61,297 bases of DNA, filler included, from 6 parts of 6 records of this genome joined end to end with filler, not necessarily neighbours in it; one strand, 5' to 3'. Numbered from the whole stretch's first letter, positions 1 through 10,014 are shown. The notes: generated from the sequence alone by a model not told the origin. Program-made: numbers and translations.

Positions 1-1
1 G

Positions 2-1000
2 GAGTGGAACGACGGGCATCCCGGCCAGGCTAAAAACGCGGCTTCCTGTTTTGACGGATGGCATGGAATGTTTGAGCGAAAACCAGGGGTAACAGGGGTT
101 GGAATTCGCCATGATTTGGGTGTAGACCTGAATTACAAAGCATATATGTCCGGAAATCCAGTTGCGATGGGTGGTCCTGGAAAAAAAATGGGTAATGAAG
201 CAGAAGGTGGGCCGTATGTACCCAAGGAATTTAAAAGACACGGGCCTCCTGAAGGTGAACAGGGGCCTGGACATGGTGGTCCACCCAAAAAAGGTGGTGG
301 TCCCCCGCCGGGAATGGCGGGAAAACTGGTGGGCGGTTCTTCTGCAGGCATGTCTATTCATAAGTCGGAAGGCCTGGTTCCCATTAATGATAAGTGTGAA
401 TCAAATATCCCGGGGTTATATGCAGCCGGAGATGCATTAGGCTCTTATATGGCTGGGGCAATCTATACCCAGATCGGATCCTCTTTGGCTGGCTCTGCGG
501 TACAGGGAGCTGTTGCGGGAAAGGCGGCTTCTGAGTATTGCCAGGATGCAGACATGCCGGAAATTAAAAAAGCAAAAATGAAAAAAGTACGGGGAGAGAT
601 CTTAGCACCTTTAAAGAGAGAGGTCGGATATAGCCCTGCTTGGGTGACACAAACCCTGCAAGGTATAATGATTCCAAATTTCATAATATACATAAAAAAA
701 GAAAGGCTTCTCCAGGCAGCGCTGGCTTATGTTGAAGAATTGAAAGAGCATCATCTGCCAATGCTCAGAGCTGCAGATTTGCATGAATTACGCCTGGCTT
801 TTGAAACCGCTAATATGATTATCAGCGCTGAAATGAAGCTTAAGGCATCAATCATGCGTAAAGAGAGTCGTTGTAGTCATTTTAGGTTGGATTACCCAGA
901 AATGGACACCACAAACTGGAATGCCTGGATTAACATCCATAAAGGGAGTGACGGTTCAATGAAATTTGAAAAACAACCTTTTGGCAGTTGGCCGACCTAA
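2..1000 (+). CDS. FAD-dependent oxidoreductase, AprA/SdhA/FrdA flavoprotein family, C-terminal part (5' truncated by window edge)
   Basis: Frame open from position 2; IPGLYAAGD motif; C-terminal RKESRCSHFRLDYP motif typical of SdhA/AprA/NadB flavoproteins. Confidence 0.8.
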   Translation, partial: EWNDGHPGQAKNAASCFDGWHGMFERKPGVTGVGIRHDLGVDLNYKAYMSGNPVAMGGPGKKMGNEAEGGPYVPKEFKRHGPPEGEQGPGHGGPPKKGGGPPPGMAGKLVGGSSAGMSIHKSEGLVPINDKCESNIPGLYAAGDALGSYMAGAIYTQIGSSLAGSAVQGAVAGKAASEYCQDADMPEIKKAKMKKVRGEILAPLKREVGYSPAWVTQTLQGIMIPNFIIYIKKERLLQAALAYVEELKEHHLPMLRAADLHELRLAFETANMIISAEMKLKASIMRKESRCSHFRLDYPEMDTTNWNAWINIHKGSDGSMKFEKQPFGSWPT

Positions 1001-1220
1001 AGGGTACTTTTTAAAAACGGATTTTACTATCAAGGCCAAAAAAATCCACCTCAGAGGCAGAGAGAAAAGTATACATTTGATCATGACAAAGTGAGCGGTA
1101 GAGAAGTGGTCCTGATAATTTGGACCACTTCTATATGAACCGAAGGGAGACTTTTCATATCTCTCATGTCCTTTCACCCCTTAGGTCTAATAAAGTAGGC
1201 AATGGTGGGGGCCCATTCGT

Positions 1221-1517
1221 CTAGCTTGCAGGTAGGAAGTTGCAGTTCTGTGCAGGGTGTGGTTTGTGTCGGAAAATGCTGATCTTGGCAGTGGAATAAC
1301 GAGTGTTGTTAAAGGAAAACATACTCATTCTTTCTTTGTTCGATAAATTGGTCCATAGTAATCGCCTGAACATGTAAAGAATTTTTTCCGCCAGAATAAC
1401 TTCTGGCTCAGGTGTGTTTTTTTCAGCATCAAACCTTGTGAAATTGCTATCGTTGCTATCCGTACTAGTTCTAAAACCAACATACCCATCCTTTTCCACC
1501 ACCAATTTTGCAGTCAT
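1221..1517 (-). CDS. hypothetical protein (98 aa)
   Basis: ATG preceded by GAGGTAG Shine-Dalgarno; candidate sigma54 promoter upstream; no recognisable domain. Confidence 0.45.
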   Translation of the reverse strand: MTAKLVVEKDGYVGFRTSTDSNDSNFTRFDAEKNTPEPEVILAEKILYMFRRLLWTNLSNKERMSMFSFNNTRYSTAKISIFRHKPHPAQNCNFLPAS

Positions 1518-1608
1518 ACTATTTACTACCTCTTTTGTTGAAGAAAGGCGTTACGAGTAATGATATCATCGCTGGTTATTATCAATAGCAAATCTTTCCG
1601 GTAACCTT

Positions 1609-1624
1609 TGCATAAAATATACCA
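1609..1624 (-). promoter_or_regulatory. candidate sigma54 (-24/-12) promoter
   Basis: Minus strand TGGTATATTTTATGCA: GG-N10-GC spacing, partial match to TGGCACG-N4-TTGCW. Confidence 0.35.
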
Positions 1625-2108
1625 TGCTTGTTTTCTGTTTTTGGGCGGTGTGAATCAGGGGCAACAGCGAGAGAATTTTACTGCAAGGCAATAGTGCTAA
1701 TCGATATGCTTTTTGGGGTACTTGATAAAGATATTGCAATATTCAAAGGGGTTATGGTGTGGCTAGCCAGTGATGGGCAAGGCGTGTACACTATTTATTC
1801 TACTTATTCGAATATAATAATACCGGGCAGGATTGGGCAGTGTTTGTTGCATTTATGCAATAAAAATAAATGTCATGATGCATAGGCACAATCAAGGGCG
1901 TCTTTAATAAATTGTAACTGGCAAATCCATTGGACTTAGATTGTGGATTGCTTTGATATGCCTGAATGAATATTTACAAGTGGCGTGCCGGTCAATGAAA
2001 AATGAAAGCTGCCTTCTAACTGCTCGCCAACGAAAGCTGATAATGATGGATTCCTACCATTTATTAACTTGTTAGTGGAAAGTGGCAGGACGAGTGGTTG
2101 AGTATATA

Positions 2109-3104
2109 CTACGAAACAGCGGCCATTAAAATGTGCGCCAGACGTTGATCCGCCCAGCTGGTGAGACTGAAGTCCTGAAGAAAGCCGCAATGCCCTCCAT
2201 AATTTACCTGTTCAACTTCCAGGGTAGGTGACAGGGTAGAGAGATCTCCTGGCAGCATCGCTGTTATTGGATCATCAATGGAACAAATAATGTGTGTGGG
2301 CACCTCAATTGATGCCAGTTGCTGCCTATTGAGCTTGTAGGCAGAAAGATAGGCGTGGGTTGTTGGGTGCTCAGTGTGTCTGGGCACAAAATAATCGTGC
2401 ATTTGGGAAAGGGAGTGTAAGCGGAGCAAGGTTTTTTGGTTATCGATATCCGGATAATATTTAATTTTTTTTCGAAGTGATCGTTTCCATTTTCGTACAA
2501 AATATCGGTGGTATATAGGATGCTTTTCTTCCAGGTTGCTGGTTGCAGCGACCGGGTCGATCAGGGGGCTGATCGTAGCAATTTTAGTCAGGTGGAGCCT
2601 GGCTTTGGTTGCTTGGAGGCCGACGCGTAAAGCAAAGTTGCCACCCAGTGAAAACCCTGTCAAAAAATGGTTGTCATGGGGAAAGATGTGCTGGATTTTG
2701 GCTACCGCCTGAACAACTTCATCGAGTCTGGTGGAGTTAAACAGTGCTTTGTTAAGATGGTGACTTTGGCCGTGGTCTCTGAGATTAAGCCGGAAAATGT
2801 TAAAACCCTGCCCATAAAGGACACTGGCTGCAGAAAGGAGATAAGCGGAATCTATACTGCCCTCCCATCCATGGATGAGTGTAACCAATCCATTTGTGTT
2901 GCGCTTGTTTTGACTAATTGCTCCTAGAAGCCGTACCCCGTTGCCGCACTCCAGGATATGTTCTCTGCTGTCTCTACGCAATTTTGATGAGCGAATGGCG
3001 GCTGCAATTTTTCGAGGTGCAAGGCTTGCCAGTACGGTTTGTATATGAGGATTTTGCAGTGGGAGTGGGGGGGTAAATGTTGGGACCATGGTTTGCTCAT
3101 GCAT
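2109..3104 (-). CDS. YheT-like alpha/beta fold hydrolase
   Basis: N-terminal NPHIQTV, HGWEG oxyanion segment, GFSLGG nucleophile elbow, DDP and GGHCGF catalytic Asp/His motifs. Confidence 0.85.
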   Translation of the reverse strand: MHEQTMVPTFTPPLPLQNPHIQTVLASLAPRKIAAAIRSSKLRRDSREHILECGNGVRLLGAISQNKRNTNGLVTLIHGWEGSIDSAYLLSAASVLYGQGFNIFRLNLRDHGQSHHLNKALFNSTRLDEVVQAVAKIQHIFPHDNHFLTGFSLGGNFALRVGLQATKARLHLTKIATISPLIDPVAATSNLEEKHPIYHRYFVRKWKRSLRKKIKYYPDIDNQKTLLRLHSLSQMHDYFVPRHTEHPTTHAYLSAYKLNRQQLASIEVPTHIICSIDDPITAMLPGDLSTLSPTLEVEQVNYGGHCGFLQDFSLTSWADQRLAHILMAAVS

Positions 3105-3482
3105 GTTTTATGTTTGAGAGATCAGGAGGGGGAAGAGCGTTGCTAATTGGGAGCTTAACTCTGCCGCAACCGCTTTGATACCAAAAAAACACTTGGCCTG
3201 ATCAGCGCAAAATAAGACAACGTCGAAAAAAAGACTGTAAGCTAGCCCGGATTTCTCATCAGTTCAGGCAGTCCCAGGGTCAAGGTCTTTGGTAGTAAAT
3301 CATAGTAGGCTATCGGAGTCTACACTTACCTTTTACTGCTAAAATACTGAAGAGGATGGTGCCGTATGGACTGACCTTCGGTGAGCATTTAGATAATTGT
3401 ATGTTTCATTAACCTTAACTGTATAAGTTTGAAGTCACTAATTCTCAAAAAATGATAAAATGCTCATGAGAAATTCGTGCTA

Positions 3483-3525
3483 GCCGTTGCCTTCCCGTGC
3501 ATTGCTATACAGAGACGGCAACGGC
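3483..3525 (-). terminator. probable terminator hairpin after the persulfide reductase gene
   Basis: Inverted repeat GCCGTTGCC...GGCAACGGC just downstream of the 3549 stop. Confidence 0.4.
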
Positions 3526-3548
3526 ATAAAGAATGAAGAAGGTTCTCT

Positions 3549-5240
3549 TTATTTTTTACGCGGATATGGCCAAGCCATAATCCCGCCTTCCATCACTTTT
3601 ACATTGGTGTAGCCATGGGCCTGGAGTACTGTAGCGGCCTCGTATCCTCTGAGTGATATTTTGCAGAAACAGATTATTTCCTGATCCTTGTCTTTCGGCA
3701 GCTCATCCATTTTACTGCGAAGCGCTCCGATGGGAAGAAGCTTTTCACCGATTCCAAGGTGCATCTCTTCGTATTCTTGCGGGCTTCTGCCATCCAGATA
3801 AAATGGCTGTTCATTGCTCTGTATTTTTTCCCATACATCGACAACAGAAATGCCCTCCATTCTCCCTTTCAGTTTATTTTGCATGACATGGGCAGAGGCG
3901 ATAAAGTGATCGATGGCCAGTGAAAATGACGGCGCGTAGGGGAGGTCAGCATTTATAAGATCTTCAACCGTTAGCTTACCTTTAATGGCCATGGCTGCCA
4001 TGGCAACCTGCTTGCTGACGTCTGCAGAGCCAACACATTGGTAACCAAGCACCCGCTGATCCTTAGTACTTACCAAGAGTTTTGATATAATGAGCCTGGC
4101 CCCCATGAAACCGGGAATGTCTGGACTGGCGTTGACCACGACTTCATATTCTTTCAGACCCTGGTGTTCGGCCATTTTTTCAGAAAGACCTGTGGAGCCC
4201 GCAGTAAAGTTAAAGGCTTTACATATACCTGTCCGGTAGGTGCCGGGAAAGGTGACACTGTTGCCCAGCATTGCATTTTCACCTGCCACCCGTCCTTCAA
4301 GGTTTGCCAAGTCACCCATCGGAGCAAAGGCATTTCCTGTGCCGCTTAAATTGTTGATTTCCACACAGTCACCGGCAGCATAGATATGTGGGTCGGAGGT
4401 TTGCATGAACTCATCTACGGTGATACCTCCGAATTTACCTGTGTCAAGCCCTGATTCAGCAGCTATCTTAACGTTTGGCCGTACTCCAATGGCCATGATA
4501 GCAACCTCGCAATCAAGGGTGGTGCCATCAGCCAGAGTTACCCCTGTGAGTTTGCCGTCAGTACCGTTAAATTCCTTTAATCCTGAGCTGGTTATAACCT
4601 GAACCCCTTGGGATTTTATGTGATTTTCAACCAGTTTGGCCATCTGCCAGTCAAGGAAAGGGAGGATTTGGTCAAGCATTTCAACCATGGTTACTTCCAT
4701 TCCAGAACTGCGAAGAGCTTCACAGGTCTCTACACCTATCAAGCCGCCACCAATAATAACCGCCTTTTTCACCTTCTTTTCATCACGGATTTTACGGAGA
4801 TAGTCACTGTCCTGCATGCTCAACAGGGTGGTTATGCCATCCAGATCAATATTTGGGATAGGCGGCATGTTGGGATTGGCGCCCGTTGCAATGATGAGCT
4901 TATCATAAGGCAGTGTCTTTTCTTCACCGTTGGCCACCTCTTTGCAAACAACTTTCTTTTCCTGGCGGTCAATGGAAATAACTTCTGTTTGGGTATGGGC
5001 GGTAATACCTTTTGCCTTGGCAAAAAAAGTAGCATCACGGACAACACCGGTAGGGGTACAGAGCAGCATGTTTCGGTCATCGAATACACCGCCTACATAA
5101 TATGGGTAGCCGCAGGCAGCCATGGAAAGATCAGGGTCTTTCTGGACAATGGTGATGTTTGCAAATTCATCAAGACGTCTGGCCTTCGCTGCGGCTTTCG
5201 CTCCTGCGGCAGAGCCACCTATGACAACAATGTTTTTCAT
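3549..5240 (-). CDS. CoA-disulfide/persulfide reductase with C-terminal rhodanese domain (Npsr/CoADR-RHD type)
   Basis: GGSAAG FAD motif, SMAACGYPY redox Cys, GGGLIG NAD motif, IYAAGD, YAPSFS; rhodanese domain with CKISLRG and EGGIMAW. Confidence 0.9.
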   Translation of the reverse strand: MKNIVVIGGSAAGAKAAAKARRLDEFANITIVQKDPDLSMAACGYPYYVGGVFDDRNMLLCTPTGVVRDATFFAKAKGITAHTQTEVISIDRQEKKVVCKEVANGEEKTLPYDKLIIATGANPNMPPIPNIDLDGITTLLSMQDSDYLRKIRDEKKVKKAVIIGGGLIGVETCEALRSSGMEVTMVEMLDQILPFLDWQMAKLVENHIKSQGVQVITSSGLKEFNGTDGKLTGVTLADGTTLDCEVAIMAIGVRPNVKIAAESGLDTGKFGGITVDEFMQTSDPHIYAAGDCVEINNLSGTGNAFAPMGDLANLEGRVAGENAMLGNSVTFPGTYRTGICKAFNFTAGSTGLSEKMAEHQGLKEYEVVVNASPDIPGFMGARLIISKLLVSTKDQRVLGYQCVGSADVSKQVAMAAMAIKGKLTVEDLINADLPYAPSFSLAIDHFIASAHVMQNKLKGRMEGISVVDVWEKIQSNEQPFYLDGRSPQEYEEMHLGIGEKLLPIGALRSKMDELPKDKDQEIICFCKISLRGYEAATVLQAHGYTNVKVMEGGIMAWPYPRKK

Positions 5241-5629
5241 GGATACACCTAAATTAAGTTAATTGGAAATAGTAGTATATAAGTGGGCGCAATCTTATTG
5301 TGAACATTATCAAAAGTAAAAAAAATACACTTAGCCACACGTATTGCTTATTTTTTCAGCTAGTGGTGTTATTGATTTATTTATGAAGTGGTACTTGTCA
5401 GGCATACAAAGATTCTGTATGTAAATGCTGGTCATATACACAAAACGCACAGGTCAGGCCACATATTTTTAATATGTATGGAGCGTTTATTTGTAAATAT
5501 TTATTTCGTGTTTAGGGTGTTTTTTCGGTTCCCGTTGGTTGCGTATTAAGGAGGACCATTGGGGAAATAGAGGCTTGGCATATTAACGGAACACGGGCTG
5601 TAAGCCATGGGGGTGAAACGGTTATTTAG

Positions 5630-7009
5630 ATGAAAAAAGACAACAATGAGTCGGCAAATGTCACAGAAACGATATTGGAGAGCATTTCTGATGGTGTTTT
5701 TACTGTGAATCATGAGTGGCGAATTATGTCATTTAACCGGGCCGCTGAAGATATAACCGGTGTACCGCGGGAAGAGGCAATTGGGCGTTATTGTTGGGAG
5801 GTGTTTCGCTCCAATATGTGCGAAGGTGATTGTGCGCTCAAGCGAACCATGAAAGAGGGAAAGGCCTTTGTCAGCACCTCCACCTATATAATTAGCAGTG
5901 AGAAAAAGCGAATCCCTATCAATGTCTCCACAGCGCTTTTGAAAGACGAAGAGGGCCAAACTCTTGGTGGTGTCGAAACTTTTCGAGACAACACCTTGGT
6001 CGAGGAACTGCGCAAAGAATTGAGCGGCAATTTTAAATTGGGTGATATGGTTAGTTCCAGTACGCTGATGAAAAAGATATTTGCTACCCTGCCATTGATT
6101 GCCGAAAGTGACAGTACTGTCCTAATTGAGGGGGAAACTGGAACCGGCAAGGAGATGATGGCCAGGGCATTGCATGAGCACTCTCTCAGGCATGAAAAAC
6201 CATATTTAGCAATCAATTGCGGAGCATTACCAGACACCTTGCTCGAATCTGAACTGTTTGGCTATAAGGCAGGAGCCTTTACCCATGCCGTTAAAGATAA
6301 AGAGGGCATTTTTTCTGCTGCAGAAGGGGGAACAATTCTTTTAGACGAGTTAGGGGAGACAAGTCCTGCTTTTCAGGTGAAACTTTTGCGGGTATTGGAA
6401 GAAAAAGCATTTCAACCACTTGGCAGTGTGAAAAAGCAGCATGCCAATGTTCGTATTTTGGCTGCCACCAACAGAGACCTTACAGAACTGGTGGAAACAG
6501 GAGCTTTTCGGCAGGATCTTTTTTACCGGGTAAATATTGTCCGGATCGAGCTGCCGCCATTGCGCGAACGTAAAGAAGACATACCGCTCCTTGCCCAGCG
6601 TTTTGTGGAGAAGATGAACCGTTTGCGGAGTAAGGCGGTTTCTGGGGTGAGCGAGCAGGCCCTCGAATTGCTCATGTGTCACGATTTTCCAGGGAATATC
6701 AGAGAGCTGGAGAATGTAATCGAACATGCTTTGATTCTCTGCTCCCAGGGTGAGGTTGAGCGAGAGCACCTTCCTGCTTATTTATTACAAGGGAGTAATG
6801 TTACACCCCCATCAGATGCTTCTTCCATGCAGTCGGCCGTTGCCACCACTGAGCTTGAATTAATACAGGCTGCACTGAAGCGAAATAATTACAATCGAAC
6901 AGCCGCTGCCAAAGAACTGGGTATGCACAAAAGTACCCTGTTTCGTAAGGTGAAAAAGCTTGGCCTGGAGCTGCCACAGGTGGATGGAAGATATGCGCGT
7001 ACAAGCTGA
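5630..7009 (+). CDS. PAS-domain sigma54-dependent activator, OrpR-like
   Basis: PAS domain with C-x8-C-x3-C (CWEVFRSNMCEGDC); GETGTGKE Walker A, ESELFG, GAFTHA, FPGNIRELEN, C-terminal Fis HTH; sits upstream of ORP-type genes. Confidence 0.88.
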   Translation: MKKDNNESANVTETILESISDGVFTVNHEWRIMSFNRAAEDITGVPREEAIGRYCWEVFRSNMCEGDCALKRTMKEGKAFVSTSTYIISSEKKRIPINVSTALLKDEEGQTLGGVETFRDNTLVEELRKELSGNFKLGDMVSSSTLMKKIFATLPLIAESDSTVLIEGETGTGKEMMARALHEHSLRHEKPYLAINCGALPDTLLESELFGYKAGAFTHAVKDKEGIFSAAEGGTILLDELGETSPAFQVKLLRVLEEKAFQPLGSVKKQHANVRILAATNRDLTELVETGAFRQDLFYRVNIVRIELPPLRERKEDIPLLAQRFVEKMNRLRSKAVSGVSEQALELLMCHDFPGNIRELENVIEHALILCSQGEVEREHLPAYLLQGSNVTPPSDASSMQSAVATTELELIQAALKRNNYNRTAAAKELGMHKSTLFRKVKKLGLELPQVDGRYARTS

Positions 7010-7083
7010 ACGGGGCGAATAAACCGGTCTGACAAGCCCCATAGAGCTGGGGCTGCCATATCCGGCACGGCCTGGGTGATGTA

Positions 7084-7524
7084 TTACTGAGGGAGGTGTT
7101 TTTTTATTGTCGGGTAATGGGTGACGGTATCGCAGACCAGCGAACGTGCCTGGTGATAATCGAGAAGGTTATCCTGAACAGCAGCTTGTAACTGCAAAAA
7201 AAGTTGGTGGAATAATTCGTTTTTTTTCTGTGCTAATCTCAAAATCACCTTTTTGCTATTGATTTTCCTGGAAGGTGGGGCCTGGCCAAACATCTGTGTG
7301 TGTGATATGGCTGGAAGTCTGATGCCAAATTTTGCAGTAAGAAATGCGGTAATTTTTTTTGCTTCAGCCTGAGAGAATTTTTTTTGTTTGAGATTACTTG
7401 CCACAGCATTGGTAATGGACCAGGCTTTCTCCTGCCTGGTTTTATGTATAAAAAAATCTCTTAATTCCGTTTCGACCTTTTTCTTTTCTTTTTCAAACGC
7501 TGGTTTTGTTATGTCATAAATCAT
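7084..7524 (-). CDS. hypothetical protein, Lys-rich and helical
   Basis: Long ORF filling the gap; ATG at 7524 with GAGG upstream. Confidence 0.55.
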   Translation of the reverse strand: MIYDITKPAFEKEKKKVETELRDFFIHKTRQEKAWSITNAVASNLKQKKFSQAEAKKITAFLTAKFGIRLPAISHTQMFGQAPPSRKINSKKVILRLAQKKNELFHQLFLQLQAAVQDNLLDYHQARSLVCDTVTHYPTIKKHLPQ

Positions 7525-7976
7525 AGGCCACCTCTCTGGCACTTCTTGATTCCTTGATGTATTGCTTACCGCAAGATATATCTTTTAAAGGGTATTCTTC
7601 TTTTTTAATCACTATCTCTTTAAAAATCCTATGAAAATTGGTGATTCCTTTCTGCAGTATCTTTGATGAGTGGGTGGTAAAGCTTCTTTAAGTGCTTTTT
7701 GTTTAGTTTTTACTTACCCGTTGCGTATGTATGCATCCATGCGACCATGTAGAGTCGCATGGTGGCGTATGGTTGCGTCTGTACTGTTGCTTTTGTTGTT
7801 CCTCAGCCCTTGTGATTCTACCGCTTTCTCTTCTCAAACAAGTTTGATTCAATTCGCCTTTTTGCCGGTCTACTTTTTCTTTTTCAATAAATATTGGTGC
7901 GTTACGTTTTGTGCGTGAGAGCTGTGGCGTCTGTGGTAGCATGTTTTTATAGGTGTTTTTTAGAAAACGGTACTGT

Positions 7977-7992
7977 TGGCATAATGATTGCT
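7977..7992 (+). promoter_or_regulatory. sigma54 (-24/-12) promoter of the ORP-type operon
   Basis: TGGCATAATGATTGCT, near-perfect match to TGGCACG-N4-TTGCW; a sigma54 activator gene is adjacent. Confidence 0.85.
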
Positions 7993-8003
7993 CCGCCAGT
8001 GGC

Positions 8004-8435
8004 ATGGAAACACAATCCCCACGATCCAAAGTTGCCATCACTGTATGGGAAGATCGGGTTTCGCCTGTTTTTGATGCAGCTAATACGCTGTTGATTGTAG
8101 ACATTGTCGATGCCAAGGTTATCGGTACCCATTATCATCGGTTCGATCCGACGCTGATGTCCCAACTTATCCATATACTAGGTGATCAGGGGGTGATGTC
8201 CCTTATTTGCGGAGCTGTTTCTGAGGGACCAGCCAGGTTGTTGGAAGCTGCCGGTTTGGAACTAATCCCTTTTATAGCCGGAAATATAGACGAAGTTCTT
8301 GGCATGCTGGTGGTGGATGATCCGGTATGGAGAGAGTTGAAGATGCCCGGGTGCGGCCGTGGTATCTGTTGCCGCGGTAAAATAAGACACGGGAACGAAA
8401 TAAAAGGGACGCGCATTGACGGCATTTTTAAATAA
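8004..8435 (+). CDS. NifB/NifX (MTH1175-like) family protein with Cys-rich tail
   Basis: KVAITVWEDRVSPVFDAA, LICGAVS, C-terminal MPGCGRGICCRG; start moved to ATG 8004 because the longer ORF overlaps the promoter. Confidence 0.8.
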   Translation: METQSPRSKVAITVWEDRVSPVFDAANTLLIVDIVDAKVIGTHYHRFDPTLMSQLIHILGDQGVMSLICGAVSEGPARLLEAAGLELIPFIAGNIDEVLGMLVVDDPVWRELKMPGCGRGICCRGKIRHGNEIKGTRIDGIFK

Positions 8436-8451
8436 TTTAAGGAGTAATGCC

Positions 8452-8751
8452 ATGGCCGATAATAAAGGATTTTTGGTACCGAAATCTGATGCTGCAGTTC
8501 AAATGAAATCGCCAGTATCAGAGCGGCAGGCTCAAATCAGTCATACCGGTTCCGGTCAATGGATGATCGATTCAGCTAGAGGAACCCTGAGTAGTGTACT
8601 TTATTTTTTAGGTAGGTTGATCTCCGGTTTGATTGTACAGGGTTGGGCGAGAAAGCCCGGTGATAGGTTGGAGCGACGAGGGAGTGGGTGCGGGCGCGGT
8701 CAGGGAAGAGGGCGTCGCGCAAGAAATAAAGTGTTTCGAAATAAATATTGA
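8452..8751 (+). CDS. hypothetical small protein with Gly/Arg-rich C-terminus
   Basis: AAGGAG SD before ATG 8452; GSGCGRGQGRGRR tail resembles Arg/Gly-rich proteins of such operons. Confidence 0.55.
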   Translation: MADNKGFLVPKSDAAVQMKSPVSERQAQISHTGSGQWMIDSARGTLSSVLYFLGRLISGLIVQGWARKPGDRLERRGSGCGRGQGRGRRARNKVFRNKY

Positions 8752-8773
8752 GTTTCATAAGGAGTTATTTAGC

Positions 8774-9145
8774 GTGAGAATATTGCTGGTATACACAGAA
8801 GGCACGGTAATGCAGCCGTTTAAGGAAGCATTGCAGCAACATGCTGATATTGACTTGGTGGAAAACCATGATACCTCTTCTGCTTTACAGATGATTAAAG
8901 AAAAAAAGGTAGATGCAGTTGCTGTGGGGGAACAGCTGGAAGGGATGACTGGAATCGAGTTTGTCGAAGCTCTTGTAAAAGTAAATCCTTTTATTAACAC
9001 TGCACTTTCAAGTGGCCTCTCTCCTGGTGATTACCATGAGGCCACAGAAGGGCAGGGGGTACTTATGCAGATGGCAGTGCAGCCTGACAAGGGTGATGCG
9101 GAATTGTTTATAGAAAAGTTAACGAAAGTGGCAAGTCTGCTATAG
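8774..9145 (+). CDS. stand-alone receiver-like domain protein (atypical, phospho-Asp replaced)
   Basis: AAGGAG SD before GTG 8774; RILLV...DAVAVGEQLEGMTGIEF matches the CheY fold. Confidence 0.7.
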   Translation: MRILLVYTEGTVMQPFKEALQQHADIDLVENHDTSSALQMIKEKKVDAVAVGEQLEGMTGIEFVEALVKVNPFINTALSSGLSPGDYHEATEGQGVLMQMAVQPDKGDAELFIEKLTKVASLL

Positions 9146-9163
9146 CTGCAAGAGAGAATTACC

Positions 9164-10003
9164 ATGATTATTAGTGTAGCCAGCGGAAAAGGCGGGACAG
9201 GGAAAACAACGGTCTCTACCAACATGGCATTGGCAATTGACCGTGAAGTGAATTTTCTTGATTGTGACGTTGAAGAGCCTAATGCTCATCTTTTTCTGAA
9301 CCCAGAAATAGAAAAAAGTGAATCTGTGGATACACCGGTTCCGGATGTTGATCTTCAATTATGTAACCAGTGCCGAAAATGCATGGACATCTGCCGATTT
9401 AACGCCATTACCGTGGTCGGTAAAAAGGTATTGGTGTTCGCGGAATTGTGTCATAGCTGCGGGGGCTGTATGTTGGTCTGTCCGGAAGGCGCAATTGCAG
9501 AAATCGGTCGTGAGCTGGGAACAATAGAGTCTGGCAAAACCGGTCATATAAACTTTGCGCATGGAAAGATGCGTATTGGCGAGGCAATGTCACCTCCGTT
9601 GATTAAAGAAGTTCGAAAGAGTGTCGATCCTGAAGAACTTACTATCATTGATGCACCTCCCGGAACCTCATGTCCTGTAATAGCTGCTATTCATGAGGTT
9701 GATTTTGTTCTTATGGTGACCGAACCGACACCTTTTGGCCTGCATGATTTGAAACTGGCAGTTGAAGCTGTCAAGCTTCTGGGTATACCGAGTGGTTTGG
9801 TTATTAATCGATCTGACCTGGGAACGCGGGATGTGTACGAGTACGCTAAAGAACAGAATATACCTATTTTGTTAGAGATCCCCTTTGATCGTAAAATTGC
9901 AGAAACATATTCCCACGGTAAGACTATTGTTGCAGAGATGCCTGAGTGGACGGATAAATTTCAGAAGCTTTTTCACGATATAGAGCAAATTGTTGAATCA
10001 TAA
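9164..10003 (+). CDS. MinD-superfamily P-loop ATPase with inserted 2x[4Fe-4S] ferredoxin domain (ORP-complex ATPase type)
   Basis: SGKGGTGKTT, DCDVEEPN, two CxxCxxCxxxC motifs, IDAPPGTSCP, TEPTPFG. Confidence 0.92.
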   Translation: MIISVASGKGGTGKTTVSTNMALAIDREVNFLDCDVEEPNAHLFLNPEIEKSESVDTPVPDVDLQLCNQCRKCMDICRFNAITVVGKKVLVFAELCHSCGGCMLVCPEGAIAEIGRELGTIESGKTGHINFAHGKMRIGEAMSPPLIKEVRKSVDPEELTIIDAPPGTSCPVIAAIHEVDFVLMVTEPTPFGLHDLKLAVEAVKLLGIPSGLVINRSDLGTRDVYEYAKEQNIPILLEIPFDRKIAETYSHGKTIVAEMPEWTDKFQKLFHDIEQIVES

Positions 10004-10014
10004 CCAAGAGAAGT

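Noticed and set aside
7953-8003. N-terminal extension MFFRKRYCWHNDCSASG of the NifB/NifX ORF
   Set aside because: Overlaps the sigma54 promoter and does not resemble the family N-terminus.
8633-8773. N-terminal 47 codons of the 170-aa ORF
   Set aside because: Overlaps the upstream gene; the SD supports GTG 8774.
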